Shown piece by piece: positions 17,692 to 27,546 of a stretch of DNA of 64,000 bases. The stretch comes from a virus. The DNA lies in IMG/VR virus record IMGVR_UViG_3300047557_002467, positions 1 to 64,000 of that record; one strand, given 5' to 3'. The notes beneath the pieces are model-generated. The model had not been told where the DNA came from. It saw nothing but the letters and a program-made list of their open reading frames with translations, and ran no database searches. Within the stretch, counting starts at the first letter, position 1. Each line of letters opens with the position of its first letter. The translations under genes were made by a program, and so were the position numbers.

Positions 17692-19662
17692 TTAAAATCT
17701 AAAATTTGTATTCACTGCAGGTGTTGATAAGCTTGATAACCTATCTCTTTCTATTTTTCTCTGTTCTAATTTAGCTGCTCTTCTTTCTCTTGCCACTTGT
17801 CTTTTTAAATTGTTGACAAATTTACTTTTCTTTCCTGTACCCGTATTTGATAATGCTGCATTACCATCTATTCCATTGTTATTTGCATTGATCTGGTTTG
17901 TTAGAGGGTCTTCAGACATTGCTATATTAGAAATAGTATCAGCTTCATTTGTTTTTGGATTAACATAATCTGTGAATCCACTTAAATATCCAGTACCGTC
18001 ATTAACAATAAGAGGTACATCGTTATTTGTAGCTGTAACTCTACGTGGAAGAATATCCATAATTGGTAGAAATGTAACACTGATATTAACTAAGTGAGGT
18101 AATTGTGCTACATCAGATTCTGTTTCAGGACCGTATAGTTGAATCTCCCAAGGTGTATTTGAATTGTCTATTGTTATATCTACATTTTGTAAGAACCCTG
18201 GCATTCTATAAATATAATCTCCTATAGTCAATCCAACAACAGAACCTCTCATTAAATTTGAATTTTGAGAGTAGTCTGGATATACTTGAGACATTAATGC
18301 GTTGAGTTTTGTGTAGAGAGGTTTCATCTCACTTCTAGTCTGTACGAACACTTTGAAACTAAAAGAGATTGTTCTATTGAAGCCTTGATAGGTTCTAAAA
18401 GTCTCACCTCTACCTAAATACTTAAATGTATTATATTCAGCTGTGTTGCTATCTGATATGTTTCCATCTAAAAATGCTCTAAATACTAAAGCCATAGCTT
18501 TGGAAGGATCGTCATTGTCTAAACACTCAAAAGCAAACTTAATTATATCCTTTGTCGATTTGTCCTTTTCCCAAGGTGTATCATTTGTATTATAATAGAA
18601 AGGATATAATGAATTTACTAAATCATTTCCACCAGGTTTAGTAGTTAAAATATCTTGTATTTCAATTGGTGCACCTGGATTACCTATACCAAAACCACCA
18701 ACACCATCATAAGGGTTTGCAATATTGTACCTCGAATACAGGGTATATGGTACAGTTTTACCTTCTCTTAGTTCATATCTAAAATCTTGTATAGTTACAG
18801 CTGTAGGAGAAGTAGATTCGTGGGTATTTTGTGCAGCTATCTGTGCATAGGTAAAAGCAATATTTGAATATGGTGTCTGAGTAACCGGATCAATAGTGGG
18901 TTGTGTATCTGTTACTCTAAATATTCTAGTGTTGCCAATACCATAAACAGAACCAGGACCTCCTGGATAGTTAAATAACTGATTGTTTATTGGAGAGATA
19001 CCTAATCTATCTACTAAAGTGGGATCTGCACCTGTTGCTACGATTTCATTTCTTGTTGGATTAAAACCGCTTTGAAGATCTAACTTAAGATTCTTTAGAA
19101 TAAGTAATCTGTTAGTTGTCTCTGTATTGTTTTGAGGTGCTCCAGCAATGTACTGATAAGTTCGTCTAACGTTTTCAGATATAGTTGGAAACACACCTTG
19201 CCTATTAAAGTGTGCTCCTGTACCTTGAACTTGTACTTGTGCTAATGTATTTAAAGGATTATAAGTTTGTGTAACAGGTAATACAGCGTTACCAAGACCA
19301 ATATCAGCAAAGGTAATTACATTAGGTACCTGTGTTCTTGGATTAGTTAAGCCAAGACCAACTTGTTTCTGTACAAAAGCTGTACCTCTTGGTGAACTCT
19401 TTAAAAACTGTGCTATCCTCTCTCTATCAACAGTTGCACTAAGTGCACTAAAAGAACCATTTACCAACGATTGTATAGCACCCCCTCTAATTGGAAAATC
19501 TAAACTCGTCCTATTGAGTTGATAATATTCTCTAATGGCAGTAGGAGCATTTTCATTATCAATTGGAAATTGAACAAAGGGTTGTCCACTATACCCACCA
19601 CCAGGTCTATCTAAACCGTATCTAAGACTAGTTAAATCTGTTTTAAAGTTTATTAAAGGCAT
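17692..19662 (-). CDS. Baseplate / tail-tube initiator-like protein
   Basis: FRAFL, YLGRGE.F..YQGF.RTISFSF, LTIGDY...PG motifs; lies between the tape measure and LysM genes. Confidence 0.65.
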   Translation of the reverse strand: MPLINFKTDLTSLRYGLDRPGGGYSGQPFVQFPIDNENAPTAIREYYQLNRTSLDFPIRGGAIQSLVNGSFSALSATVDRERIAQFLKSSPRGTAFVQKQVGLGLTNPRTQVPNVITFADIGLGNAVLPVTQTYNPLNTLAQVQVQGTGAHFNRQGVFPTISENVRRTYQYIAGAPQNNTETTNRLLILKNLKLDLQSGFNPTRNEIVATGADPTLVDRLGISPINNQLFNYPGGPGSVYGIGNTRIFRVTDTQPTIDPVTQTPYSNIAFTYAQIAAQNTHESTSPTAVTIQDFRYELREGKTVPYTLYSRYNIANPYDGVGGFGIGNPGAPIEIQDILTTKPGGNDLVNSLYPFYYNTNDTPWEKDKSTKDIIKFAFECLDNDDPSKAMALVFRAFLDGNISDSNTAEYNTFKYLGRGETFRTYQGFNRTISFSFKVFVQTRSEMKPLYTKLNALMSQVYPDYSQNSNLMRGSVVGLTIGDYIYRMPGFLQNVDITIDNSNTPWEIQLYGPETESDVAQLPHLVNISVTFLPIMDILPRRVTATNNDVPLIVNDGTGYLSGFTDYVNPKTNEADTISNIAMSEDPLTNQINANNNGIDGNAALSNTGTGKKSKFVNNLKRQVARERRAAKLEQRKIERDRLSSLSTPAVNTNFRF

Positions 19663-19663
19663 C

Positions 19664-19894
19664 TTATCTTGTTGGTGATGATCTTAAAAAATCTAAATAA
19701 GTACTTTGATTGACTTGATTAAAAGTAGCATCAATAGGATTGACATTGGCTGGTACTACCGATGTTACAGTAGGGAAACTTACGCCTCTCCTAACTAGTG
19801 CTACGTTTTGAGGTGTACCTTCAAATACTCCTGTCGTTGTCTTCTTTCCTTGTTTACTAAGATTAGACTTAGTTAGTTGATCTATTATACTCAT
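19664..19894 (-). CDS. Hypothetical tail protein (76 aa)
   Basis: 1-nt gaps on both sides within the tail operon. Confidence 0.7.
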   Translation of the reverse strand: MSIIDQLTKSNLSKQGKKTTTGVFEGTPQNVALVRRGVSFPTVTSVVPANVNPIDATFNQVNQSTYLDFLRSSPTR

Positions 19895-19895
19895 A

Positions 19896-22097
19896 TTATA
19901 CCATATTTGTTCCTGGATCTTGTTGTATAGCTGCTCTTGTTATCCTACTTAGATTCTCATTACCTATTTGTGCTGTTACATTAAAATTGAAAACAGGTGG
20001 TTTGCTTTCTGTAGCTGCTGCACCTTCGTTAGATTTCTTAGCCGTTTCTGTTGCTGTATTCATAGGCGACATACCTGTTGATGGTGCTGAAGGTGCTGAT
20101 ACTGATGGTGGACTACCTGCTACACCACTCATTAGTCCATTCAACCAGTTGTAAGCTTGGTATCCAGCGTAGATGCCTGCTATGGCACCAACTACGGGAA
20201 CAGTGCTTAGTGAACCAACAACACTTGCCACAGCTCTTACAATAGAAATGGTTGCTAAAATTTTGGCTATTTGTACTGCTGTTGATAAATACTGTGGAAG
20301 CTTTTGTATTGCAGATGCTATTCCTTCAAAGATGCCTTTAAGAGTTAGAGCAAGTTTATTCATCTTCTCATTATCGTTTACAAACATTGTAAACTTATCT
20401 ATGATACCACCTAAAGGACCTTCTAATACTTCTCCTAGTTTATCTTTCAATCTTTCTATTGTAGCATTAAATCTAGCTGCTAATTCTGCTTTGTTTAATT
20501 CTGCTTCTACTTCTTTATCAAGTAAACCTGCAATCTGCTCTCTTGTTTTACCTTGTTTTAACAACTTACTATATTGCTCTTGTAAAGAAACACCTTGTTC
20601 AGCTCCTAGTTTATTTGCTCTTTCTTGTTCTAAAAGTTGTTTAGATAACTCTTCTGTTGACTTGCCAATAGCTCTTGAAAAAGCATCTTTCTCAATAAGA
20701 GTCATTTGATTGAATCTTTGGAAAGTTACATTTTGTCTGTTTAACTCTTCCATTAATTCTGCAGTCTTACCTAACAACGCAAGCTCTCTTGCTCTTGTAA
20801 GATTAAGATTCTCGCCTGTTAAAACTTGTGCTTCAAACTCTGCTTGAATACTACTCTCAAAATCAACTAAAGATCTAGCTTGTTTGTTTACTTCATCTAA
20901 AGTAGTACCTAACTTTGCAGCTCTAACAACAGCAGCAGATAATGCTGTAGTACTGCCTTTAAAGTTTACCAGTACTTCTGAAGAAGTCCTACCTATTGCT
21001 TCTACTATTTGTTTTGTGGATAGAGCAAGTTTATTTCTTGCACCTTCAATTATTCTTGTAGCTTCAATATCAACAAAAGCTTGTTTAAATGATTTACCAG
21101 ATAAAGCTGCTTGTGTTGCTATTGTGTTTAGTTGCTGTCCTGATAAACCTAATTGCTTTTGTAGTTTAGTTGCTGTCTCTAAAAACTCTTTGTTTGTAGG
21201 TACAAGGAATCCAGCAGTGTTTGAAAAATCCTCATACGTTCTAGCTACTTGACTACTTGTAAGTGCTATGTTAGCAGAAGAAGCTGCGATATTTTGAAAA
21301 CTACTTTGTAGTTCTTTTGCCTTATTAGCAGTAACACCAAGATTTTTTGCAATCTCAAAAGACTTTTTATCAAAGTCTAAAACAGCTTTTACAACAAAAG
21401 ATAGCAAAGAAGTTACAGCACCTAGTAATAAACCTGATCCTATGTTCTTAAGAAGTTGATCAAAACCAACATAGAACTGTTTTATTTTACTTGCACCCTT
21501 ACTCGCAGCATCTTCCATTGCACGAATAATTTTTGGTGCTCCTATAAGAGAACCTAAAATAGGTATCCTAGATATACCCGTTAAAATCTCTTTTAACGAG
21601 TTCATTTGATCTTCATTCTTCTTTTGAATGTCGTACTGTTGTTGCAGATACTTAACAAGATCTGAAGCTTCCTTATTAGCATCGTTGAACTCTCTAACTT
21701 GTTGTGCAGACAAAACAATACCTTGGTTTTGTAAATTAGTTTGACTTCTTATAAGTTCATTTTGAGCATCTATAGTACTTTCTATCTGCCTTTGTATACT
21801 CGTGGAGGTTCGAAGATTCTTATTGTAAGCATTTGCTTGTCTTTCTGTTTGCCTTAAACCCGCATTAATGCTTGATAATGCACCTGTAAAATCTCTTGAA
21901 AAATCTTTAGCTGCAGCTCTTGCTGCTCGCGGTAATCGATTAATTTGGTTAGTTAAGGAATTTCTAAAAGATTCACCTACAGAAGTAAGAGTATCTCTCA
22001 TTCTAGCTAACTCATCATTAACTTCCTGTAGATTTTTTGCATCAGGAAGTCCACCTTGACCAGGAACGGGCGCGTAGAATGGTTTAACGAACTGCAT
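19896..22097 (-). CDS. Tape measure protein
   Basis: Ala/Gln/Leu-rich helical protein with hydrophobic segments; LVDFESSIQAEFEAQVLTG.NLNL.RAR motif; follows the tail chaperones. Confidence 0.82.
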   Translation of the reverse strand: MQFVKPFYAPVPGQGGLPDAKNLQEVNDELARMRDTLTSVGESFRNSLTNQINRLPRAARAAAKDFSRDFTGALSSINAGLRQTERQANAYNKNLRTSTSIQRQIESTIDAQNELIRSQTNLQNQGIVLSAQQVREFNDANKEASDLVKYLQQQYDIQKKNEDQMNSLKEILTGISRIPILGSLIGAPKIIRAMEDAASKGASKIKQFYVGFDQLLKNIGSGLLLGAVTSLLSFVVKAVLDFDKKSFEIAKNLGVTANKAKELQSSFQNIAASSANIALTSSQVARTYEDFSNTAGFLVPTNKEFLETATKLQKQLGLSGQQLNTIATQAALSGKSFKQAFVDIEATRIIEGARNKLALSTKQIVEAIGRTSSEVLVNFKGSTTALSAAVVRAAKLGTTLDEVNKQARSLVDFESSIQAEFEAQVLTGENLNLTRARELALLGKTAELMEELNRQNVTFQRFNQMTLIEKDAFSRAIGKSTEELSKQLLEQERANKLGAEQGVSLQEQYSKLLKQGKTREQIAGLLDKEVEAELNKAELAARFNATIERLKDKLGEVLEGPLGGIIDKFTMFVNDNEKMNKLALTLKGIFEGIASAIQKLPQYLSTAVQIAKILATISIVRAVASVVGSLSTVPVVGAIAGIYAGYQAYNWLNGLMSGVAGSPPSVSAPSAPSTGMSPMNTATETAKKSNEGAAATESKPPVFNFNVTAQIGNENLSRITRAAIQQDPGTNMV

Positions 22098-22118
22098 GTA
22101 TATAAATAGAGAATTCTA

Positions 22119-22418
22119 CTATTTCTTAGAAACCTTACTAGAATAGGTTGGCTTCTCAGCTAGTTGTTTTTTGACTGCTGTAGCAATTTGATCAGGAGAT
22201 TTAAGAGTTTGGGACTTTCCATGTGCTTTATCAAACTCCTCTCTTTCTTTGATGTAAAATTCGTTGATTTCGTTGAACGTAAAACGACGAAGCCAAATAG
22301 GCATGTTATAGACCGTATCCCAGTCGTAACCACCTTTCCCGTGAAATACTATTTCGTGGATTTGTTTAAATAAATTGGATCTATACTCAGGCGGAAGGAT
22401 AAAAAAAGTTAATTCCAA
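22119..22418 (-). CDS. Tail-assembly chaperone, second (GT/gp51-like) segment, probably reached by frameshift
   Basis: No ATG at its 5' end; overlaps the upstream gene across a T7 run; YNMPIWLRRF motif; sits just before the tape measure gene. Confidence 0.7.
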   Translation of the reverse strand: MELTFFILPPEYRSNLFKQIHEIVFHGKGGYDWDTVYNMPIWLRRFTFNEINEFYIKEREEFDKAHGKSQTLKSPDQIATAVKKQLAEKPTYSSKVSKK

Positions 22419-23142
22419 GAGGCAGATCTACACCCTCCTGTGTGTAGCCGTCGGAACCAACAAATGTAAATGTCATATCAATATCAGGAGTAATTTGTTT
22501 GATATACTCTCTTAAAGCTCTAGCATCACTTGCAAGTAAGTAGTTATCAACAAAATCTCTAACAGCTTTCTTATCTCTTTCACCGTTGATTGCTAGGATT
22601 GAGTGCTTGAGTCTTGTAGTTACATCACCTGATAGATTCACCTTTTTTAGACCTTTGATCTCTTCATCAATAGCTCTTTCGTCTCTGTGAGTTGGGATCT
22701 TAAAGATAACTTCATTCTTTGATTGAGGTAAAGTAAAACTAAACTCGTTTGATCTGTTTAGTAAGCTATAATCAATTTTTTTATTGTCCATAGCACTAAG
22801 ATCAATTGTAACAAGCTCTTCTTCTCCTGTTACTGGATGTGGATACTTAATTTGGTAGTCTTTTCCGTAACCTAAGATTCTTGCTGCAAATAGTACTGCG
22901 TTTTTATCACCGATAACTAGATCATCGTAGTCGATCTTAGATACAATAAGAGATTTCAACAACTTATCAAATACAACACCCTGACGTAGGTAGTTTTGAT
23001 TAGTAAGAATATCCTCTTCTTTAGCAGTCATATACTTCATTTCTATCTTTCCTGAGCTAAGAGGATTCTCTTCAGGATAAAGAAGACCTTTTGAAGGCAA
23101 TTCTATCAGTTCGGTTGGTAAACTTAATTTAGTTTCAGGCAT
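22387..23142 (-). CDS. Tail/baseplate-hub assembly chaperone (T4 gp26-like / G)
   Basis: IELPSKG..Y, MKYMTAKEEDIL, GDKNAVLFAARILGYG; ends NFFYPSA. Confidence 0.8.
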   Translation of the reverse strand: MPETKLSLPTELIELPSKGLLYPEENPLSSGKIEMKYMTAKEEDILTNQNYLRQGVVFDKLLKSLIVSKIDYDDLVIGDKNAVLFAARILGYGKDYQIKYPHPVTGEEELVTIDLSAMDNKKIDYSLLNRSNEFSFTLPQSKNEVIFKIPTHRDERAIDEEIKGLKKVNLSGDVTTRLKHSILAINGERDKKAVRDFVDNYLLASDARALREYIKQITPDIDMTFTFVGSDGYTQEGVDLPLGINFFYPSA

Positions 23143-23193
23143 AATCTCTATTTTGTTATATATTAATAAATATATACAATACTGAAATTTCTG

Positions 23194-23406
23194 TTACCTT
23201 TCCCAAAATTTGTTAATAATATAGTCCAGCTTCTTAAAGATCCAAAGATCGTAGTGTTTATGTGGTGGTACAAACATATGAACAAAGTCTTCAATAATGA
23301 CTAGAAACCATGTTAGAAGACCTCTAACAACCCTAATAGCAATTAATATGAGAATTAAATAAACTGTGTACTCCCAACCCTTATCCATGAATTGATCAAA
23401 TGTCAT
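23194..23406 (-). CDS. Small membrane protein with its own promoter (moron-like)
   Basis: ATG at 23406; hydrophobic YLILILIAI and LLTWFLVII segments; promoter at 23422-23453. Confidence 0.6.
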   Translation of the reverse strand: MTFDQFMDKGWEYTVYLILILIAIRVVRGLLTWFLVIIEDFVHMFVPPHKHYDLWIFKKLDYIINKFWER

Positions 23407-23421
23407 AACCGTAATTTTGCC

Positions 23422-23453
23422 TAAACTTACCAACTTTTAACATACAATCCAAC
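23422..23453 (-). promoter_or_regulatory. Bacteroidota-type promoter GTTG-N20-TAAGTTTA overlapped by 12-bp direct repeats
   Basis: N20 spacing; CCAACTTTTAAC at 23430-23441 and 23449-23460. Confidence 0.6.
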
Positions 23454-23461
23454 TTTTAACC

Positions 23462-23487
23462 AAAAAAAAACCCTTCCGAAGAAGGGT
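23462..23487 (-). terminator. Intrinsic terminator after the tail tube gene
   Basis: ACCCTTC-TTCG-GAAGGGT stem with cUUCGg tetraloop, followed by a U-tract. Confidence 0.92.
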
Positions 23488-23510
23488 AATTTTGTATAAA
23501 TGTTTGATTC

Positions 23511-23996
23511 TTAGTAGTTTAGGATACAATAATCCATGCCAATTCCAAGCTCAATTGTAATAGCGTCTTGGTTTGACCAATCGTAAGTACCGAAGTTTGC
23601 AGTCTTTACAAACGCACCTTTGATAATCCACTCACTCACCACATCACCAACAGGACCCAAGATAGACAAATTCAAGTCCTTCTTATAAAAGTCTGAATAT
23701 CCATCACGACCAGTTACTGATTCATGCGACAAACGGATCCATTCCATACAAGCCTGCTGACCTGAAGGAGAGATGGGATTGTATAAGTTGAGTGTCATGT
23801 CTTGCCACTCAGCCTTTCCTTTTATTTTACGGTAAACATTGATATGGTCTAGTTTCACTTCATTCAAGTTCACGTTAGGTGCTGTTGCACTTTTGATCAT
23901 GAAAGAAGGAATACCATCGATATACATAATGAAACGGTTCTGAACTGTTGGTTCAAAGGCCGTGAACATTATTTCATTTGGATCGAGTACTGGCAT
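23511..23996 (-). CDS. Tail tube protein (T4 gp19-like)
   Basis: FEP...NRF, KGKAEWQDMTL.LY.PI, YKKDL.L..LGPVG..V.EW..KGAF. Confidence 0.9.
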   Translation of the reverse strand: MPVLDPNEIMFTAFEPTVQNRFIMYIDGIPSFMIKSATAPNVNLNEVKLDHINVYRKIKGKAEWQDMTLNLYNPISPSGQQACMEWIRLSHESVTGRDGYSDFYKKDLNLSILGPVGDVVSEWIIKGAFVKTANFGTYDWSNQDAITIELGIGMDYCILNY

Positions 23997-24019
23997 TTCT
24001 ATGTAGTTTTTCTTCTTTT

Positions 24020-24026
24020 ATAAATA
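24020..24026 (-). promoter_or_regulatory. Representative TATTTAT putative late-promoter motif (13 copies in window)
   Basis: Plus-strand ATAAATA at 1848, 5741, 10954, 22102, 23166, 24020, 26884, 27522, 30994, 40427, 52792, 52991 and 61008, each 5' of a minus-strand start. Confidence 0.7.
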
Positions 24027-24039
24027 TTCGAAAACTAAG

Positions 24040-24654
24040 TTATTGGCTATCTACATCAACTCCTGCATTCTCAGCAGCTTTTTTTAATTCTTCAGCTTTA
24101 CTTGGATCTTGTGCTTTTAATCCTTGTATGTAGCCTTTTACCTTTGGTATAACCTTATCTGCAGCAAGTACACCAGCTACTACAGCGCCAACAAGAGCAA
24201 CTCCTGTTAGAAAAGGATCACCATTTGATATAGCACCCATAAGATCTTCAGCAGCTACTTGGCGACCTAAAGCTTCTTTCACATCTTTTTTACCCTTCAT
24301 TTTACCCATTTCAGAAACATCAAATGCACCTGATTGGAAATCCATAGTGTCATCTTCGTCAACGTTGATTTCCATCTCGTTGATTTTCTTTTCAAGCTTC
24401 TCTTTCATAGCCTTTAGCTCTTCCAAAGAATGATTCTTCTTCTTTTTCATAGGACTCTCATTCTTATGAGATTTTTCTTCTTCACTTTTAGAAGCTTTTG
24501 GTTCTACTGATTTGCCTGCTTTAGGAACTTTTACTGCTTCAGTATAAGCACCACCTGACATATTACCACTTTTACCTTCAGCCAACACTTGTTTTGCAAG
24601 TGATTCAAAAAGCTGCTTAGTAAGTTTCAATCTAATCTTAGTGTTATTTTTCAT
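24040..24654 (-). CDS. Hypothetical charged protein with C-terminal hydrophobic segment
   Basis: ORF track; lies between the sheath and tube genes. Confidence 0.7.
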   Translation of the reverse strand: MKNNTKIRLKLTKQLFESLAKQVLAEGKSGNMSGGAYTEAVKVPKAGKSVEPKASKSEEEKSHKNESPMKKKKNHSLEELKAMKEKLEKKINEMEINVDEDDTMDFQSGAFDVSEMGKMKGKKDVKEALGRQVAAEDLMGAISNGDPFLTGVALVGAVVAGVLAADKVIPKVKGYIQGLKAQDPSKAEELKKAAENAGVDVDSQ

Positions 24655-24672
24655 CTAATATTACTTTTTTAT

Positions 24673-26862
24673 TTATTGACCAAAGGTTACACCAGTTGGC
24701 AAGATGTTGAAATCAAGTTGAATAAACTCTGCTGTTCTAGTTGGTTGTAAGTAGATAGCACCTACAAGTAAGTTTCTATCAATTACATCTGGAGTGTTGT
24801 TAGTGTCATCCATTACAACTCTGAACGCATACAAACCTTGTCTTTGTTGTACATACTCTAAGTATGGATTTACTTGTGACAAGAATCTGTTACGAGTAAC
24901 TGCAGTATTTTGTTCGAATACAAGAGTCTGTGCAATCTGACCAATGTACCCTTTCAATGCAATCAACAAACGTCTTACGTTTACACGATCAAGAGCAGAA
25001 GCTCTAGCTTGTAGAGTCTTTTGACCATAGATTACTGTACCTTGACCAGGGAAGATCGCGATTGGATTTACCTTAGCTGTATACAAAGTATTTCTTTGTG
25101 CAACTGTAAGTCTTCTTTCAGGTTGGATTACTGTTGGCAATCCACCACGGTTAAGACCTGCAGGTGCAAACCACTCTGCTGCTACCTTATCATTGTACTC
25201 ATAAACTGCAGGTACAATTGTTGATGCTGGTACAAAGTTCAATCTACCAGTCTCTGTTGACCTAAGTTGTACCCATGGCCAGTAAGTAGCACCATAAGAG
25301 TTGTCATATGTTTGTGATAATGTAGTAGCTGATGTTAGTGATTGGTTATATCCAACCATGTCTACTACTGCTATTGCGTCTCCACGGTTTTGAGTGTTAA
25401 GCAAGATTGCAGACACTTGTGAAGCAGCATTCTGACTTGTAATACCAGGAGCATAAATTGCATTGTAAACATATGCATCACTGTTTGCAAGTAGATTGAT
25501 AGCTGTGTCGTAATCTGATGCTACCAAACCTTGTATGTTATTTGCAGGTGTATTGGCAGCTAATGTTGGGATTTGTTCGTACAAGTTTAAATCAGCTGTA
25601 CCAAAGCATCCAAACAAAGGACCGACCGCACCTCCAAAAGCACCATTAAGCGACCCACTACCGTTTACAGGAATTGAAGCTGTATACTGTGGTTGAGCTT
25701 GTCCAGTTGGATTTAGATAGTTTGGAGTAGGGTAGTTAACTTGACTCACTCTAACATAATTAGAAGCATTAGGATAGCTACCAGTAATCTGTAAGTATTT
25801 TTGACCTGATTCGTCAGTTAATACTTGTTGAGTTTGGTTACCGATTACATACTCAATATAATTGTTTTGATTTGGATCTAGTGAAACATTAGACCAAGTT
25901 TCAAGTACAGTTTGATTAGTTGTATAATCATCACCTTGTCTAATTAACAAAGTAAAATATCCAGAAGCTGTGTCAGCTTGAGTAATCTGCCATCTAATGT
26001 TATTAGCTGAGCCTGAAGGTAGAACACCGTTTACTGCACTAGCAGCACCACCGTTATTGTTCATCAAATCTCCTACAGACAAAGTTTCAAGTACAAAAGC
26101 AGCTGAGGATATTGATGTACCAGCACCGGCTAATGTGGCTATTGGTATAGCTGAACCTGTAGGTTGACCGTATCCTAATCCTGTGTAAATTCTTATGCCA
26201 TTTGCAGAAGTACCTAGTGCTGCTGAACTTGTAAATTGTAATAAATTACTTGCTCCAGTAGTAATTGTAATTGGTAATTCATTGCTGTTTGAATTAACTA
26301 TTGATGCAAGTGATGCAGTCCATTGATTTAGAGTATACGAATTACCTGCGTTAGGGCTAAAGTATCCGTAATCTAATTGTGGATTGTAGATGGTGTAATC
26401 TGTACCCCATGCTATACCCATTAAATACCAATAGTTGTGATTGTTATCAACAATCGTAAACGCTGCATTTGATGCAGTATTTGCAAAAGTGAAAGCTGAT
26501 ATGTTTGCACTAGCGGTTGCTCTAGCACCAGCTACTCCTACTACACTATTACCTATTGATGCTGTAGCAGCAGTATAAGAACCACTAGTAACTCTTGTCA
26601 TCAAAAGAGATGTACCACCTTGCTGAAAATAGTTGTAAGCAGCTTGTGAAGTTAGGTATTCATAAGTGACATTACCTGATATAAAGGTAGTACCAAACTT
26701 AGCCTTGTATTCAGAATACGAAGTTACTACGGTTGGTACATTCTGTCTACCATATACAGAAGGGCCGATTAGGGCTGATCCTACTGTTATTGGTCCTGCT
26801 GTTATTTGAGATTGGTCGTTTTCTCTGAGGAAAACACCGGGTGAGATTAAAGCTTCTGCCAT
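24673..26862 (-). CDS. Contractile tail sheath protein (T4 gp18-like)
   Basis: SPGVFLRE.D, YGATYWPWV, WFAPAGLNRG, VIYGQKTL, LDRVNVRRLL, FEQN, IYLQPTRTAEFI. Confidence 0.95.
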   Translation of the reverse strand: MAEALISPGVFLRENDQSQITAGPITVGSALIGPSVYGRQNVPTVVTSYSEYKAKFGTTFISGNVTYEYLTSQAAYNYFQQGGTSLLMTRVTSGSYTAATASIGNSVVGVAGARATASANISAFTFANTASNAAFTIVDNNHNYWYLMGIAWGTDYTIYNPQLDYGYFSPNAGNSYTLNQWTASLASIVNSNSNELPITITTGASNLLQFTSSAALGTSANGIRIYTGLGYGQPTGSAIPIATLAGAGTSISSAAFVLETLSVGDLMNNNGGAASAVNGVLPSGSANNIRWQITQADTASGYFTLLIRQGDDYTTNQTVLETWSNVSLDPNQNNYIEYVIGNQTQQVLTDESGQKYLQITGSYPNASNYVRVSQVNYPTPNYLNPTGQAQPQYTASIPVNGSGSLNGAFGGAVGPLFGCFGTADLNLYEQIPTLAANTPANNIQGLVASDYDTAINLLANSDAYVYNAIYAPGITSQNAASQVSAILLNTQNRGDAIAVVDMVGYNQSLTSATTLSQTYDNSYGATYWPWVQLRSTETGRLNFVPASTIVPAVYEYNDKVAAEWFAPAGLNRGGLPTVIQPERRLTVAQRNTLYTAKVNPIAIFPGQGTVIYGQKTLQARASALDRVNVRRLLIALKGYIGQIAQTLVFEQNTAVTRNRFLSQVNPYLEYVQQRQGLYAFRVVMDDTNNTPDVIDRNLLVGAIYLQPTRTAEFIQLDFNILPTGVTFGQ

Positions 26863-26933
26863 CTTAAATGTTTATTTCTGCTAATAAATAGCTATAATTA
26901 GTGGCAAAACCAAATTTATTATTTGGGGTATTT

Positions 26934-27203
26934 TCACTGTGAATCTTCAGGCTTTTCTTCTAGTTTTTTTAAAGTTCCGTCTTCGAAGTTAATGGAAACA
27001 TCCCCATACTTTTGTCCAAGCTCTCTTAGATGTGCTTGTTGTTTTTGTATATTATCCTTAATTCCCTCTTTAACTCTTTCTAATTCTAGATCGAGAATAG
27101 TTCTTTGGTAGTGGAGATCACCAAGACTTGCTGCTAGCTGATTAGTGTTAAAACGAAACTTCTGTAACTCTTGTAATTCTTCTTGTGTCAATTTATCGCT
27201 CAT
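26934..27203 (-). CDS. Coiled-coil hypothetical protein (ends KYG..SIN..DG)
   Basis: ORF track; heptad-rich. Confidence 0.75.
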   Translation of the reverse strand: MSDKLTQEELQELQKFRFNTNQLAASLGDLHYQRTILDLELERVKEGIKDNIQKQQAHLRELGQKYGDVSINFEDGTLKKLEEKPEDSQ

Positions 27204-27211
27204 ATTGCTTT

Positions 27212-27502
27212 TTATTTTTTAGTTCTTGACTTTTTAACAGGCTCAGCGCTTAGCTTTACTTTAGATGCTGGTTTCTTAACCTTTAATTCTTTTTTAGCTT
27301 TTACAAGCTCCTCTTTTTGTTCTGGAGTTGCTGTTGGCTCTTCTGATTTAAACTCAATGTGAGTTTCTACTTGTGGATTGAAGGTAGGATCTGATGCTTG
27401 ATAAGCATCTTCTTCTTTTTTAACTTTTTTTCTTTTTTGTACATTTACAACCAGTGTTATAACTATAGCTGCAACGACGATTACGAAAATTAATGCGCCC
27501 AT
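27212..27502 (-). CDS. N-terminally membrane-anchored Lys-rich protein
   Basis: Hydrophobic residues 3-20 then a basic tail; TATTTAT upstream. Confidence 0.7.
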   Translation of the reverse strand: MGALIFVIVVAAIVITLVVNVQKRKKVKKEEDAYQASDPTFNPQVETHIEFKSEEPTATPEQKEELVKAKKELKVKKPASKVKLSAEPVKKSRTKK

Positions 27503-27546
27503 AATGTTTGTTTTACTATATATAAATATCTATGATTTGACAAAAA

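Noticed and set aside
12967-27203. Bacterial contractile injection system or tailocin rather than phage
   Set aside because: It is linked to neck genes, a phage replisome, RNR and a homing endonuclease, all on one strand, and no host housekeeping genes are present.
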